Positions 1 to 8,131 of a stretch of DNA of 64,000 bases are shown piece after piece; positions within the stretch are counted from its first letter, which is position 1, and each line of letters begins with the position of its first letter. Made by a program: the position numbers and the translations under genes. Under the pieces are notes generated by a model. The model did not search any database and was not told where the DNA came from. It saw only the letters and a list, made by a program, of their open reading frames with translations. This stretch comes from a bacterium (GTDB taxonomy: Bacteria > SAR324 > NAC60-12): positions 3,552,001 through 3,616,000 of the forward strand of contig OZ242383.1 of the NCBI GenBank assembly GCA_965209155.1, given 5' to 3'.

Positions 1-671
1 ATTGGATGCTGACCCCCATTCCCGAGGAGGTCTCCACCGACCATGGCAGCATGATGTGTTGTGGATTGGGACCCTCTTTCGGTGGCATGCAGCGCATCGA
101 TGTGAAAGAAGGAGAGACGGTGTTGGTTATTGGCGCAGGGGCCGTGGGTCTCGGTGCAGTTGTCAACGCCATCCATCGCCGAGCCCATGCCATCGCCTTG
201 GAACCCCAACCCTATCGACGTCAGTTGGCTTCTGATTTGGGAGCAATGGCGGCGATCGATCCTACCGGTGAGGATGCATTGGAACAAATTATGGAACTCA
301 CCAAAGGGAGAGGTGTGGATGCTGCTATCGATTGCAGTTCAAACCATCCCGCGGGGTTGCAACTGGCCCTCGATTCCCTCCGTCGTCTGGGAAAAATGGT
401 ATTGTTGGGAGGTCAGTATATTGACAAAGACAAAGACTACATAAAGCTGGCAGTCGAACCCAATTTTATCTTCAAGGGCCTGACTTTGTGTGGTGCCTGG
501 ATGTACAATATATACGACTCACCGAAACTGATGCAGGTGATCCGTGACAGTGGTCCCTTACTGGACAAGCAAATCACACACCGTATGCCCATGTCCCGTA
601 CCCCGGATGCCTTCGAACTGCAATCAAGTGGAGAATGCGGAAAAATCATCCTCCATCCCTGGGAGGATTGA
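1..671 (+). CDS. Zn-dependent alcohol dehydrogenase (MDR family), 5' end outside window
   Basis: Rossmann motif VIGAGAVGLG, GRGVDAAIDCS, C-terminal GKIILHP; N-terminal domain missing at window edge. Confidence 0.85.
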   Translation, partial: WMLTPIPEEVSTDHGSMMCCGLGPSFGGMQRIDVKEGETVLVIGAGAVGLGAVVNAIHRRAHAIALEPQPYRRQLASDLGAMAAIDPTGEDALEQIMELTKGRGVDAAIDCSSNHPAGLQLALDSLRRLGKMVLLGGQYIDKDKDYIKLAVEPNFIFKGLTLCGAWMYNIYDSPKLMQVIRDSGPLLDKQITHRMPMSRTPDAFELQSSGECGKIILHPWED

Positions 672-674
672 AAG

Positions 675-1928
675 TTATCTTTCTTTGATCAGGGGCTCAT
701 CCATCATTGGAGGATACACCGTATTCTCTGAATTGTCGTAGGCGTATTCCAGGGCAACGTTTTCGTCCAGTTCATACCCGAGCCCGGGATCTGTTGGCGG
801 GATCACATAACCGTTTTGCCAGTCAATCGGTTTTTTCAAGAGCTTCGCGTGCATCCCGCCGAATTGTTCGATGCTTTCCAGGATCAGAAAATTCGGACTG
901 CAAGTCGCCACTTGGATGTTGGCGGCTGCTTCCAGGGGACCGCAATATAAATGAGGCGCCAACTGAACGTAATGGGCTTCGGCCATGCCGGCAATCTTTT
1001 TCGCTTCGAGGATGCCCCCCACTCTTCCCAACGCCGGCTGCAGGATGGCTGCCGACTTTTTCTCAAGCACCTCGGCAAAATCGTACTTTGTTGCCAGCCG
1101 TTCTCCACAAGCGACCGGGATGCTCGTGGCACGCGCCACACGAGCCATTTCAGTTCGATTCTCGGGTGGTACCGGTTCTTCAAACCACAGCGGGTCAAAG
1201 GGTTCCAATCGTCTGGCAAGCCGGATTGCGCTGGCAGTTGTCATTTGTCCGTGAGTGCCGAACAACAGGTCACATTGACTGCCAACCGCCTCTCTCAGGC
1301 TGCGCGTGACGATTTCAGCGGTTTCGAGTTCCTCCAGGGTCAATTGCCTGGGATCGTAAACGGTCATGGGCATGACCGGATCGAATTTGACTGCCGTGAA
1401 TCCCGCCTCCACGTATTTCAATGCCCTTGCGCAGGCTCGTGCCGGGTCCTGGAAAAATTTCGAATGCTGGAGGATCAATTCTTTCGAACTCGTCCCCGCC
1501 GTTTCAGGCTGCCCCACATCCGTTGCCTCATCGTACAAATAAGTGTACGATCTCAATTTTTCATGGGCTTTCCCACCAAGTAAATTGTAGACGGGTTGTC
1601 CCAGCGCTTTTCCTGCAATATCCCAACATGCCATCTCGATGCCGCTCAAGATCCCCGACGTGGTCAGGTCGGGATGCTGGGTGTAGCCATCCGAATAGAC
1701 GATCCGCCACAGGCGTTCGATGTTGAAAGGATCCCAATCGATCACGTGCCGCGCCACTACGTCTTCTACGAGCCCTGCCACTTTCGAGGGGTGGAAAGGG
1801 ACTCCGTAAACTTCACCGTACCCTGTGATCTTGTTGTCCGTTATTAACTTCACGAAGATGAAATAAGGACCTCCCCGGGAAGGAGGAGGATTCCTCACGA
1901 TGAATGTTTTCGCATCCTGGATTTTCAT
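675..1928 (-). CDS. Mandelate racemase/muconate lactonizing (enolase superfamily) enzyme
   Basis: IEMACWDIAGK, AVKFD, WFEEP, ACGER, APH motifs. Confidence 0.9.
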   Translation of the reverse strand: MKIQDAKTFIVRNPPPSRGGPYFIFVKLITDNKITGYGEVYGVPFHPSKVAGLVEDVVARHVIDWDPFNIERLWRIVYSDGYTQHPDLTTSGILSGIEMACWDIAGKALGQPVYNLLGGKAHEKLRSYTYLYDEATDVGQPETAGTSSKELILQHSKFFQDPARACARALKYVEAGFTAVKFDPVMPMTVYDPRQLTLEELETAEIVTRSLREAVGSQCDLLFGTHGQMTTASAIRLARRLEPFDPLWFEEPVPPENRTEMARVARATSIPVACGERLATKYDFAEVLEKKSAAILQPALGRVGGILEAKKIAGMAEAHYVQLAPHLYCGPLEAAANIQVATCSPNFLILESIEQFGGMHAKLLKKPIDWQNGYVIPPTDPGLGYELDENVALEYAYDNSENTVYPPMMDEPLIKER

Positions 1929-1963
1929 GGATCGCTCCTATGGAAATTCTACCATCAGTTAAT

Positions 1964-2306
1964 CTGAGTTCGACATAAATCTTCAATGATATGAGTATCC
2001 TGATGTATATGCCATCCTCGCTAACCTTGTCCCCACTAAACTTGTCCCCGTGAAAGCGGGGAACGGGGAGCGGGAATCCAGGGAATCGAAACAGACTCTG
2101 GATTCCTGGTCAAGCCAGGAATGACTAGGTTCCTCTAAGCTATGAAGATTCCACAACATCCATTCTGTGTCATTCCCGCGAAAGCGGGAATCCAGGGAAT
2201 CGAAACAGACTCTGGATTCCTGGTCAAGCCAGTAATGACAAGGTTTCTCTAAGCAATGAAGATTCAACAATATAATGAATTGATTAAAATCTTATCTCGA
2301 ACTCAG
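1964..2306. repeat. MITE-like unit: 15-bp terminal inverted repeats enclosing REP-like palindromes
   Basis: ctgagttcgacataa (1964-1978) vs ttatctcgaactcag (2292-2306), 14/15 complementary; internal duplicated block gggaatccagggaatcgaaacagactctggattcctggtcaagccag and GTCATTCCCGCGAAAGCGGGAATCC. Confidence 0.7.
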
Positions 2307-2526
2307 GTCAGTTACACCGTTTGTCGACTTCGCAGTGCCGATTACCAGAGGAATTGCCTCAATCTTTGAATTCAAACCGCCCTCCATGGTTTCCTATATC
2401 AATCACCATGAATTAAAACAGTTCCTCATCTCAACGCAAGATTTTTTTCAGTAGACTCTGAATACAAACTTGAATACGATATCCACGACTGAACTTGGTC
2501 CTTAGCTCTTATAAGAGACGCAGTGC

Positions 2527-3135
2527 ATGAAACTATATTCCTACATTGTCAAGTATGACACTGGCTTTTCACCGAATCCATTTTGGGGATGGTGTACGCT
2601 TGCCAATTGCAAACCAAAAATAAAATGCGCTGCGCAGCTTGGAGATTGGATAGTTGGATTGAGTCCGAAAGCTAACGGAAACAGGGTCGTATTCGCTATG
2701 AATGTAGATGAAATTCTCGATTATGCTCATTACTTCCATGACAGTCGTTTCAGCAACAAAATACCAGACTACACCAAGGGGGAAGTAATTTACAAAACTG
2801 GAGATAACATATACAAGCCGCTATGTTGTGGTAAGTTCAAACAGTTGCAATCGATGCACTCCAATGGAAAAAAAGAAAATCCGGATACCAAAACACACGA
2901 CTTGAAATGCGAAAATGTTCTCGTGGGGAAGATATTCCACTACTTTGGTGGTTCCGGTCCTGAATTGCCAGAACATTTGAATAAATTGAAGGTTGGCCTG
3001 GGACACAAGTGTAAATTTTCAGAAAAAACCATTTCAGATTTCCTGGAGTTCATTTGCTCACACCCTCGTGGGATAGTTGCTCCGCCAACAAAATGGCCAC
3101 CTGGTGACTACTCTTGGCAACAGCAAGAGAAATGA
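2527..3135 (+). CDS. Nucleotide modification associated domain 2 (Nmad2)-like protein
   Basis: N-terminus YSYIVKYDTGFSPNPFWGWCTLANCKPKI, GDWIVG, GDNIY. Confidence 0.75.
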   Translation: MKLYSYIVKYDTGFSPNPFWGWCTLANCKPKIKCAAQLGDWIVGLSPKANGNRVVFAMNVDEILDYAHYFHDSRFSNKIPDYTKGEVIYKTGDNIYKPLCCGKFKQLQSMHSNGKKENPDTKTHDLKCENVLVGKIFHYFGGSGPELPEHLNKLKVGLGHKCKFSEKTISDFLEFICSHPRGIVAPPTKWPPGDYSWQQQEK

Positions 3136-3995
3136 AGCTGATTCTCAGTCGAAAAGGTTTTGACTCTTCTGCCGGAGGAGTTCCAAGTCCGATATTTCCT
3201 GATAACCGTATGGTGTCGCTACCTATTCCGGACAAGTCGTCTAGCGTCACCTATGGATCCATATCCTACGACGGTAACTCACTTGGACATATCGTTGCCG
3301 ACCTCACAAGTGGGTGCATTCAATCGCACTACCGGGCCCATATAGATCCGGACCTCGTGGAGGATAGCCTGCCTCGCTTGCCTGGTTGGCGACCCATCTT
3401 CGGACAGACGGGCCAAGCACAAGGTCACCTGAGGAATAACCACGTTGGACCGGGAGATGTCTTACTTTTCTTTGGTCTTTTCCGTCGCGTCGAAGTACTG
3501 AACGATTCTTATAAATGGGTGCGTGGTGCGCGCCCACGCCATGTTATCTGGGGTTGGTTGCAAGTGGCCGAGATTTTACACCTCGGGAATTCTCGAACCC
3601 CAAGGCCCGAATGGGCTCAGTACCACCCTCACTTCAACAGAGGCAATGATCCCAACAACGTCGTTTACGTTGCGCGGCGGAAGCTACAAATTGATGGGTT
3701 GAAGGAAAGCCTCCCGGGTGCGGGTACTTTTACGCGATTCTCCCATAATCGGCAATTAACAGCACCTTGCGCAAAGAATTTGACCACTTGGGACCTTCCG
3801 GGTTGGTTCCATCCGCGTGATGGCAGGACGCCACTCACCTATCATTCAAACGTGCAACGGTGGTATAAGCGTGGTGACCGAACAGAACTGAAGTCGGTGC
3901 CAAGGGGGCAAGAATTCGTATTGAACTGTGATCAATATCCGGAAGCAGTCCGCTGGACATGCGACCTGATCAGGAACAATGATGATGAATGCTAA
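3132..3995 (+). CDS. Nucleotide modification associated domain 3 (Nmad3)-like protein
   Basis: MKLILSRKGFDSSAGGVPSPI, HIDPDL, GDVLLFFGLFR, RGQEFV; ATGA overlap with Nmad2 stop. Confidence 0.75.
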   Translation: MKLILSRKGFDSSAGGVPSPIFPDNRMVSLPIPDKSSSVTYGSISYDGNSLGHIVADLTSGCIQSHYRAHIDPDLVEDSLPRLPGWRPIFGQTGQAQGHLRNNHVGPGDVLLFFGLFRRVEVLNDSYKWVRGARPRHVIWGWLQVAEILHLGNSRTPRPEWAQYHPHFNRGNDPNNVVYVARRKLQIDGLKESLPGAGTFTRFSHNRQLTAPCAKNLTTWDLPGWFHPRDGRTPLTYHSNVQRWYKRGDRTELKSVPRGQEFVLNCDQYPEAVRWTCDLIRNNDDEC

Positions 3996-4058
3996 CAAAA
4001 CGCTGCGCCCGGATAGTCATTCGCTGCGTTTCTTCGCAGCCGGTGAGCTAAGTCATTC
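3991..4058 (+). other. Degenerate integron attC-like site
   Basis: GCTAAC overlapping the stop codon, imperfect palindrome, ends GCCGGTGAGCTAAGTCATT (core GTT degenerate). Confidence 0.55.
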
Positions 4059-4239
4059 GATTTGAAAAAATCTTTCTCCGATAATGTAAATCAAAAAGAA
4101 GAACTCGGCCAATGGTTATTGTCGCCGGAGAAAACTATTGCAATTGTCTCTTGGCTTTTATTAGCTTCCAAAATGGAAATACACTGGAGATCAACACCTG
4201 TCGGGAAAGTACAAAAGAATTTACCTTTCTTCAAGCAAT

Positions 4240-4898
4240 TCAATGGCTTATAAATTCATACAAATAGTTTGCACTATCGTTTAGTCGAGTTATATTCTCT
4301 ACTTCAAAAAGATGACATTTTTTGTATTTTTTACCGCTTCCACAATGACATAAGTCGTTTCTACCAAGCTTGTAACTAGCTAGATCACGTATTTCTTTTA
4401 TGTACTCTATTTTTCCTTCTAATCCATGAGGATACTCTCCCCAAAGGTCGTTTCTTACCGCATTGATTCCAAATTTTTCTGTATAAGAAAGACGATAAAA
4501 AAAGGGATTATCAAATTAAATATAAAGTTCTCGATTCTTTGGTTACTTTCATGCCAAGAACTTATTCCCAAGCAACAAGCAAGATTATCTGAATTTATAT
4601 GTAAGTCTATGATTTCGACGTTACATTTTTTTGCAATTTCATTGTATCTTCCACCTGATTCGTATACTCTTGGCCAACAATTAGAATCTATGGAATCTAG
4701 ATGAATCGCTATTTCGAATACATCTTGAATAAAAGCATTTCGATCTTTATTTCCTTTCCCAATAATAAGTTTTCTAGACACTTGGTCATAGTAAGCGCAA
4801 AAATCAAGTTCTCCTACAATTGTTTGGGTTATTGCATTGTAGTGTAAGTTAGGAAAACACGATTCTAACCACTGAATATCCTTGTTTTTTATCTTCAT
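4240..4898 (-). pseudogene. CBASS accessory E2-like protein with C-terminal SEC-C motif, frameshifted at a T7 run (4497-4503)
   Basis: 5' frame WPRVYE...DLHINSDNLACCLG (E2-like pattern); -1 frame continues FYRLSYTEKFG...WGEYPHG...GRNDLCHCGSGKKYKKCH to TGA at 4240-4242. Confidence 0.7.
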
Positions 4899-4905
4899 AT
4901 TGACA

Positions 4906-5850
4906 CTACTGCGCATGAGGTTTTCTTGGGGTTAATGCTACTGCTATAGAAACGTTTTCTTCCTTAAGTTTTCCGAATTTTTCCCCAAACAACTCCCTCC
5001 ATTTTTTAACACTTGAATTATGATCTGTGGCGTCAAATGCTTCGTTTACCTTTCCGTTATATATATTGAACATTTTTCTAAAGTGGCTGTATTTTTCCTG
5101 ATCCCAGTGTCTGGTAAAGCTTTCGGACTGTAGAACAGGATTGCATATTTCTGGCATGTTTACATTGCTCTGCAAGAAATAATTGATCCGATTTGAAATG
5201 GTCTTTAATGTGTCTGGAATGCTTTTGAAGTTTTCACTGCCTTCTTCATTTTTGTATACCTCATTACCAATAAGTGTGGTTAAAAGAATTGATTTTACTG
5301 AGAAGTTCCCTTTATGATCTCTAAGATATTTCAACAGCCGCGTGACTCTCTTTAGATTTCCATTTGTGATTCTTGTCCTATCGTTGAACCAATCTCTAGA
5401 ACCCGTTCCATCGGAATCTTCGAACTTATTTTCCTTATTATTGCATATAAATGGGTCTGGTCCCTGTGAAATACACGGAACAATATCTAAGTGAAAATCT
5501 CCCGTGTAATCTATGTAAACACATCTGGTTTTTCTATGCGCTATTTTTTCGTAGTTTTTATTGTTTTTAAGACAATTATAAAGATCATTGATGTAATCTT
5601 TCGGTTCTTTGTCTGGGTCGAATTTCATGAATAGTAAAATGTCAGCATCATATTCATGGTTATTAATAGGTTTGATAATTGTGCGTAAGGCGTATGAACC
5701 CTGTCGCTCGATTTTTTTTTCGTAAGATTCCAGGTTTTTACTTAGATAAACTGTTACAGACGAGATACTATCATTCAGCTTTGTAAGCCGTGTCTCGTTT
5801 AGATTTACTTCTTTGGTGAGAAAATCTTCAAAAAATTTTATATGTTTCAT
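4906..5850 (-). CDS. CD-NTase (cGAS/DncV-like, SMODS nucleotidyltransferase)
   Basis: QGSYALRTII, EYDAD, FHLDIVP, RLLKYLRD motifs; directly downstream of patatin. Confidence 0.9.
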   Translation of the reverse strand: MKHIKFFEDFLTKEVNLNETRLTKLNDSISSVTVYLSKNLESYEKKIERQGSYALRTIIKPINNHEYDADILLFMKFDPDKEPKDYINDLYNCLKNNKNYEKIAHRKTRCVYIDYTGDFHLDIVPCISQGPDPFICNNKENKFEDSDGTGSRDWFNDRTRITNGNLKRVTRLLKYLRDHKGNFSVKSILLTTLIGNEVYKNEEGSENFKSIPDTLKTISNRINYFLQSNVNMPEICNPVLQSESFTRHWDQEKYSHFRKMFNIYNGKVNEAFDATDHNSSVKKWRELFGEKFGKLKEENVSIAVALTPRKPHAQ

Positions 5851-5907
5851 TTTTAAAAACCTTCTAAATGTTTAAAATAAATACTTGTGATCAGAATCAT
5901 TGCTACG

Positions 5908-6867
5908 TTAAGGTGTGAGAAATTCTTTTATTTTATGACCTTTGTGAGAAAAATCCTGATCAGCTTCTCTTGTCCAGTTTGGTATTTTATGTGGATCATC
6001 CATCGAAAGAGGATTGTCCGATTCGAAATTGATACGCAGTAATTGATCTGGTTCTCTCTTATCTTTCGTTTGAAAAAATAAATTCAACATATTGTATGAA
6101 CTTTCTGCTTGTAAATTGAGGATCAAATTAATAAATTTTTCTCTTTGCCAACGGGTTGCTATTCCCCATCCTAAAAATGTATTGCGGAACCTTCCTGAAG
6201 TACTTTCATAGCAGGTTTTGCTTTTACCCGCACCAATTGAAAGAATTCTGAGATTATATAGATCAACACCGAGACGTCGTTTCGCTTCGATGGCAGCGAC
6301 GAGCGCAGGATTATTTGCCCACAAACCACCATCGGTCAGGGGATAATGACCTACTACATAGGGATCAAAATATGTCGGTGCTGAACAAGAGGCCATAACA
6401 GCGTCGGCTACAAGGACATTGGGGTCTCGATGAAACTCAGGATCATACGCGGATTTAAATACATGCACTCGACCACCACCAATATCAACTGACGGAATGA
6501 TTAGAGGCACTTGTATATCCTTCAGTTGAATGTCTCCAAACACATCATGTAGGCAAGATCTCAAATTCTTAATACTATAACGACTTGCAATGAGACTGGA
6601 AAATCCCCCTAAAATAAATCTGGCAAACCAACGTCTCCTGAAAATTGATTGACCGTGTTCAGCGTAGAGATTGTATAGCTTATTTGCTGACTCCCCATGA
6701 GCTAATCCAGCCGCAATAATGGCTCCCGTGCTTGTACCGGCAAACAAATCGAACTGGGTACGCCAATTAACACCCCATTCATCTTCCATACGCTTAAGAA
6801 GATACGCTGAGTATGCGCCTCTGAAACCGCCGCCATCAATTGATAAAATGTAGAATTTGTTACTCAA
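5908..6867 (-). CDS. capV: Patatin-like phospholipase, CBASS effector (CapV-like)
   Basis: ILSIDGGGFRG, AGTSTG, SCSAPTYF, DGGLWANNP; TTG start. Confidence 0.85.
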   Translation of the reverse strand: MSNKFYILSIDGGGFRGAYSAYLLKRMEDEWGVNWRTQFDLFAGTSTGAIIAAGLAHGESANKLYNLYAEHGQSIFRRRWFARFILGGFSSLIASRYSIKNLRSCLHDVFGDIQLKDIQVPLIIPSVDIGGGRVHVFKSAYDPEFHRDPNVLVADAVMASCSAPTYFDPYVVGHYPLTDGGLWANNPALVAAIEAKRRLGVDLYNLRILSIGAGKSKTCYESTSGRFRNTFLGWGIATRWQREKFINLILNLQAESSYNMLNLFFQTKDKREPDQLLRINFESDNPLSMDDPHKIPNWTREADQDFSHKGHKIKEFLTP

Positions 6868-7148
6868 AAGTCTAATACCTTAAAAATCTATTGCTGCTGC
6901 AAAGTTATTCTTGAAAAAACGATATGCAGGGAAAGCTATACTCTATTTAACAAAGCCAAAACCTTCTCCACATAAAGGTAATGAAAAAAAAACCTTCATA
7001 AAATTTACCCAATGAAACAAATAATATATCAAATCTCTAAAAAATTCTATATAATAAAAAACATTTTGCTTTTTAATACAAACTTTTCAGCAAAAACTAC
7101 CCTTCTCTTTTTATTGCTTGAAATTAAGATCGATTTCCTAAATTGTAT

Positions 7149-7523
7149 ATGCGACGACGACCAGAATCAGAGAGGTTATACGAACTTGTAGGGCAAAAGT
7201 TGGAAAAGCGCCGGCGTGAGGCTTGCCTCACGCAGACCCAACTCGCTCAACGTTGTGGCCTCGCGCGAGGCTCAATTGCCAATATTGAGAGCGGAAATCA
7301 GCATCCAACGCTCCACACACTTTGGTCAATTGCCGATGCGCTTAATATTGATATACCCGCGCTTGTTCCGACCCGGGATGAATTCTCAAGGGGCAAAGCA
7401 AACACTGTAAAACCGACAATCACAGGCCGGCTAGAGAAGGTAGCGGGAGAAAGTCGAAATCAAGTAATCTCTTTTATTACTAGCAGTCGAAAGGAAGTTT
7501 TGTCCTATGTTGATAGAGAATAA
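7149..7523 (+). CDS. capH: XRE-family HTH regulator (CapH-like)
   Basis: LTQTQLAQRCGLARGSIANIESG; divergent from CBASS; overlaps metallopeptidase gene. Confidence 0.75.
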   Translation: MRRRPESERLYELVGQKLEKRRREACLTQTQLAQRCGLARGSIANIESGNQHPTLHTLWSIADALNIDIPALVPTRDEFSRGKANTVKPTITGRLEKVAGESRNQVISFITSSRKEVLSYVDRE

Positions 7524-8007
7524 AGCCAATCAGCTACTCGTAAAGGCAGGCATTATCACTCCTCCTGTTCAAGTGGAGAAAGTTGCTGCTTACTTAAACA
7601 TAAAAATCGAGAGGGTAGATCTTGGCGAAGATTGTTCGGGGGTGCTCGTTCGCAACGCGGATAGCGCCATCATTGGCGTTAATGAGAAACACCACCTCAA
7701 CCGACAGCGCTTTAGCATAGCGCATGAGATTGGTCATTTTATTCTTCACGAAGGAGATACTTATATTGATAAAGGATATCGCGTGCTCTTCCGCGATCTC
7801 GAATCGGGTTCCGGTTCCAAAGGGGAAGAGATGGATGCCAATGCATTTGCCGCAGCTCTCCTCATGCCTGCTGAATGGGTCAAGGATGCCTTCTTTCAGC
7901 AACCCTTTGATCTAACCGAGGATTACGTTTTGCAGATGCTCGCTAATAAGTTCAAAGTGAGTATCCAAGCGATGAGCTACCGTCTCATGAGGCTGCGGAT
8001 ATTCTGA
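7507..8007 (+). CDS. capP: ImmA/IrrE metallopeptidase (CapP-like)
   Basis: RQRFSIAHEIGH and EMDANAFAAALLMP. Confidence 0.8.
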   Translation: MLIENKANQLLVKAGIITPPVQVEKVAAYLNIKIERVDLGEDCSGVLVRNADSAIIGVNEKHHLNRQRFSIAHEIGHFILHEGDTYIDKGYRVLFRDLESGSGSKGEEMDANAFAAALLMPAEWVKDAFFQQPFDLTEDYVLQMLANKFKVSIQAMSYRLMRLRIF

Positions 8008-8131
8008 TTTTATAATATTGTTTGCACTGGATGCCTGTCTGTGTTCAGTACAGATATGCAGAATATATAGTTCTCAAACAGACTAAAGCTTCTTGAGGTA
8101 AGAACAACTATATCATTTAGAGATAGAATTC

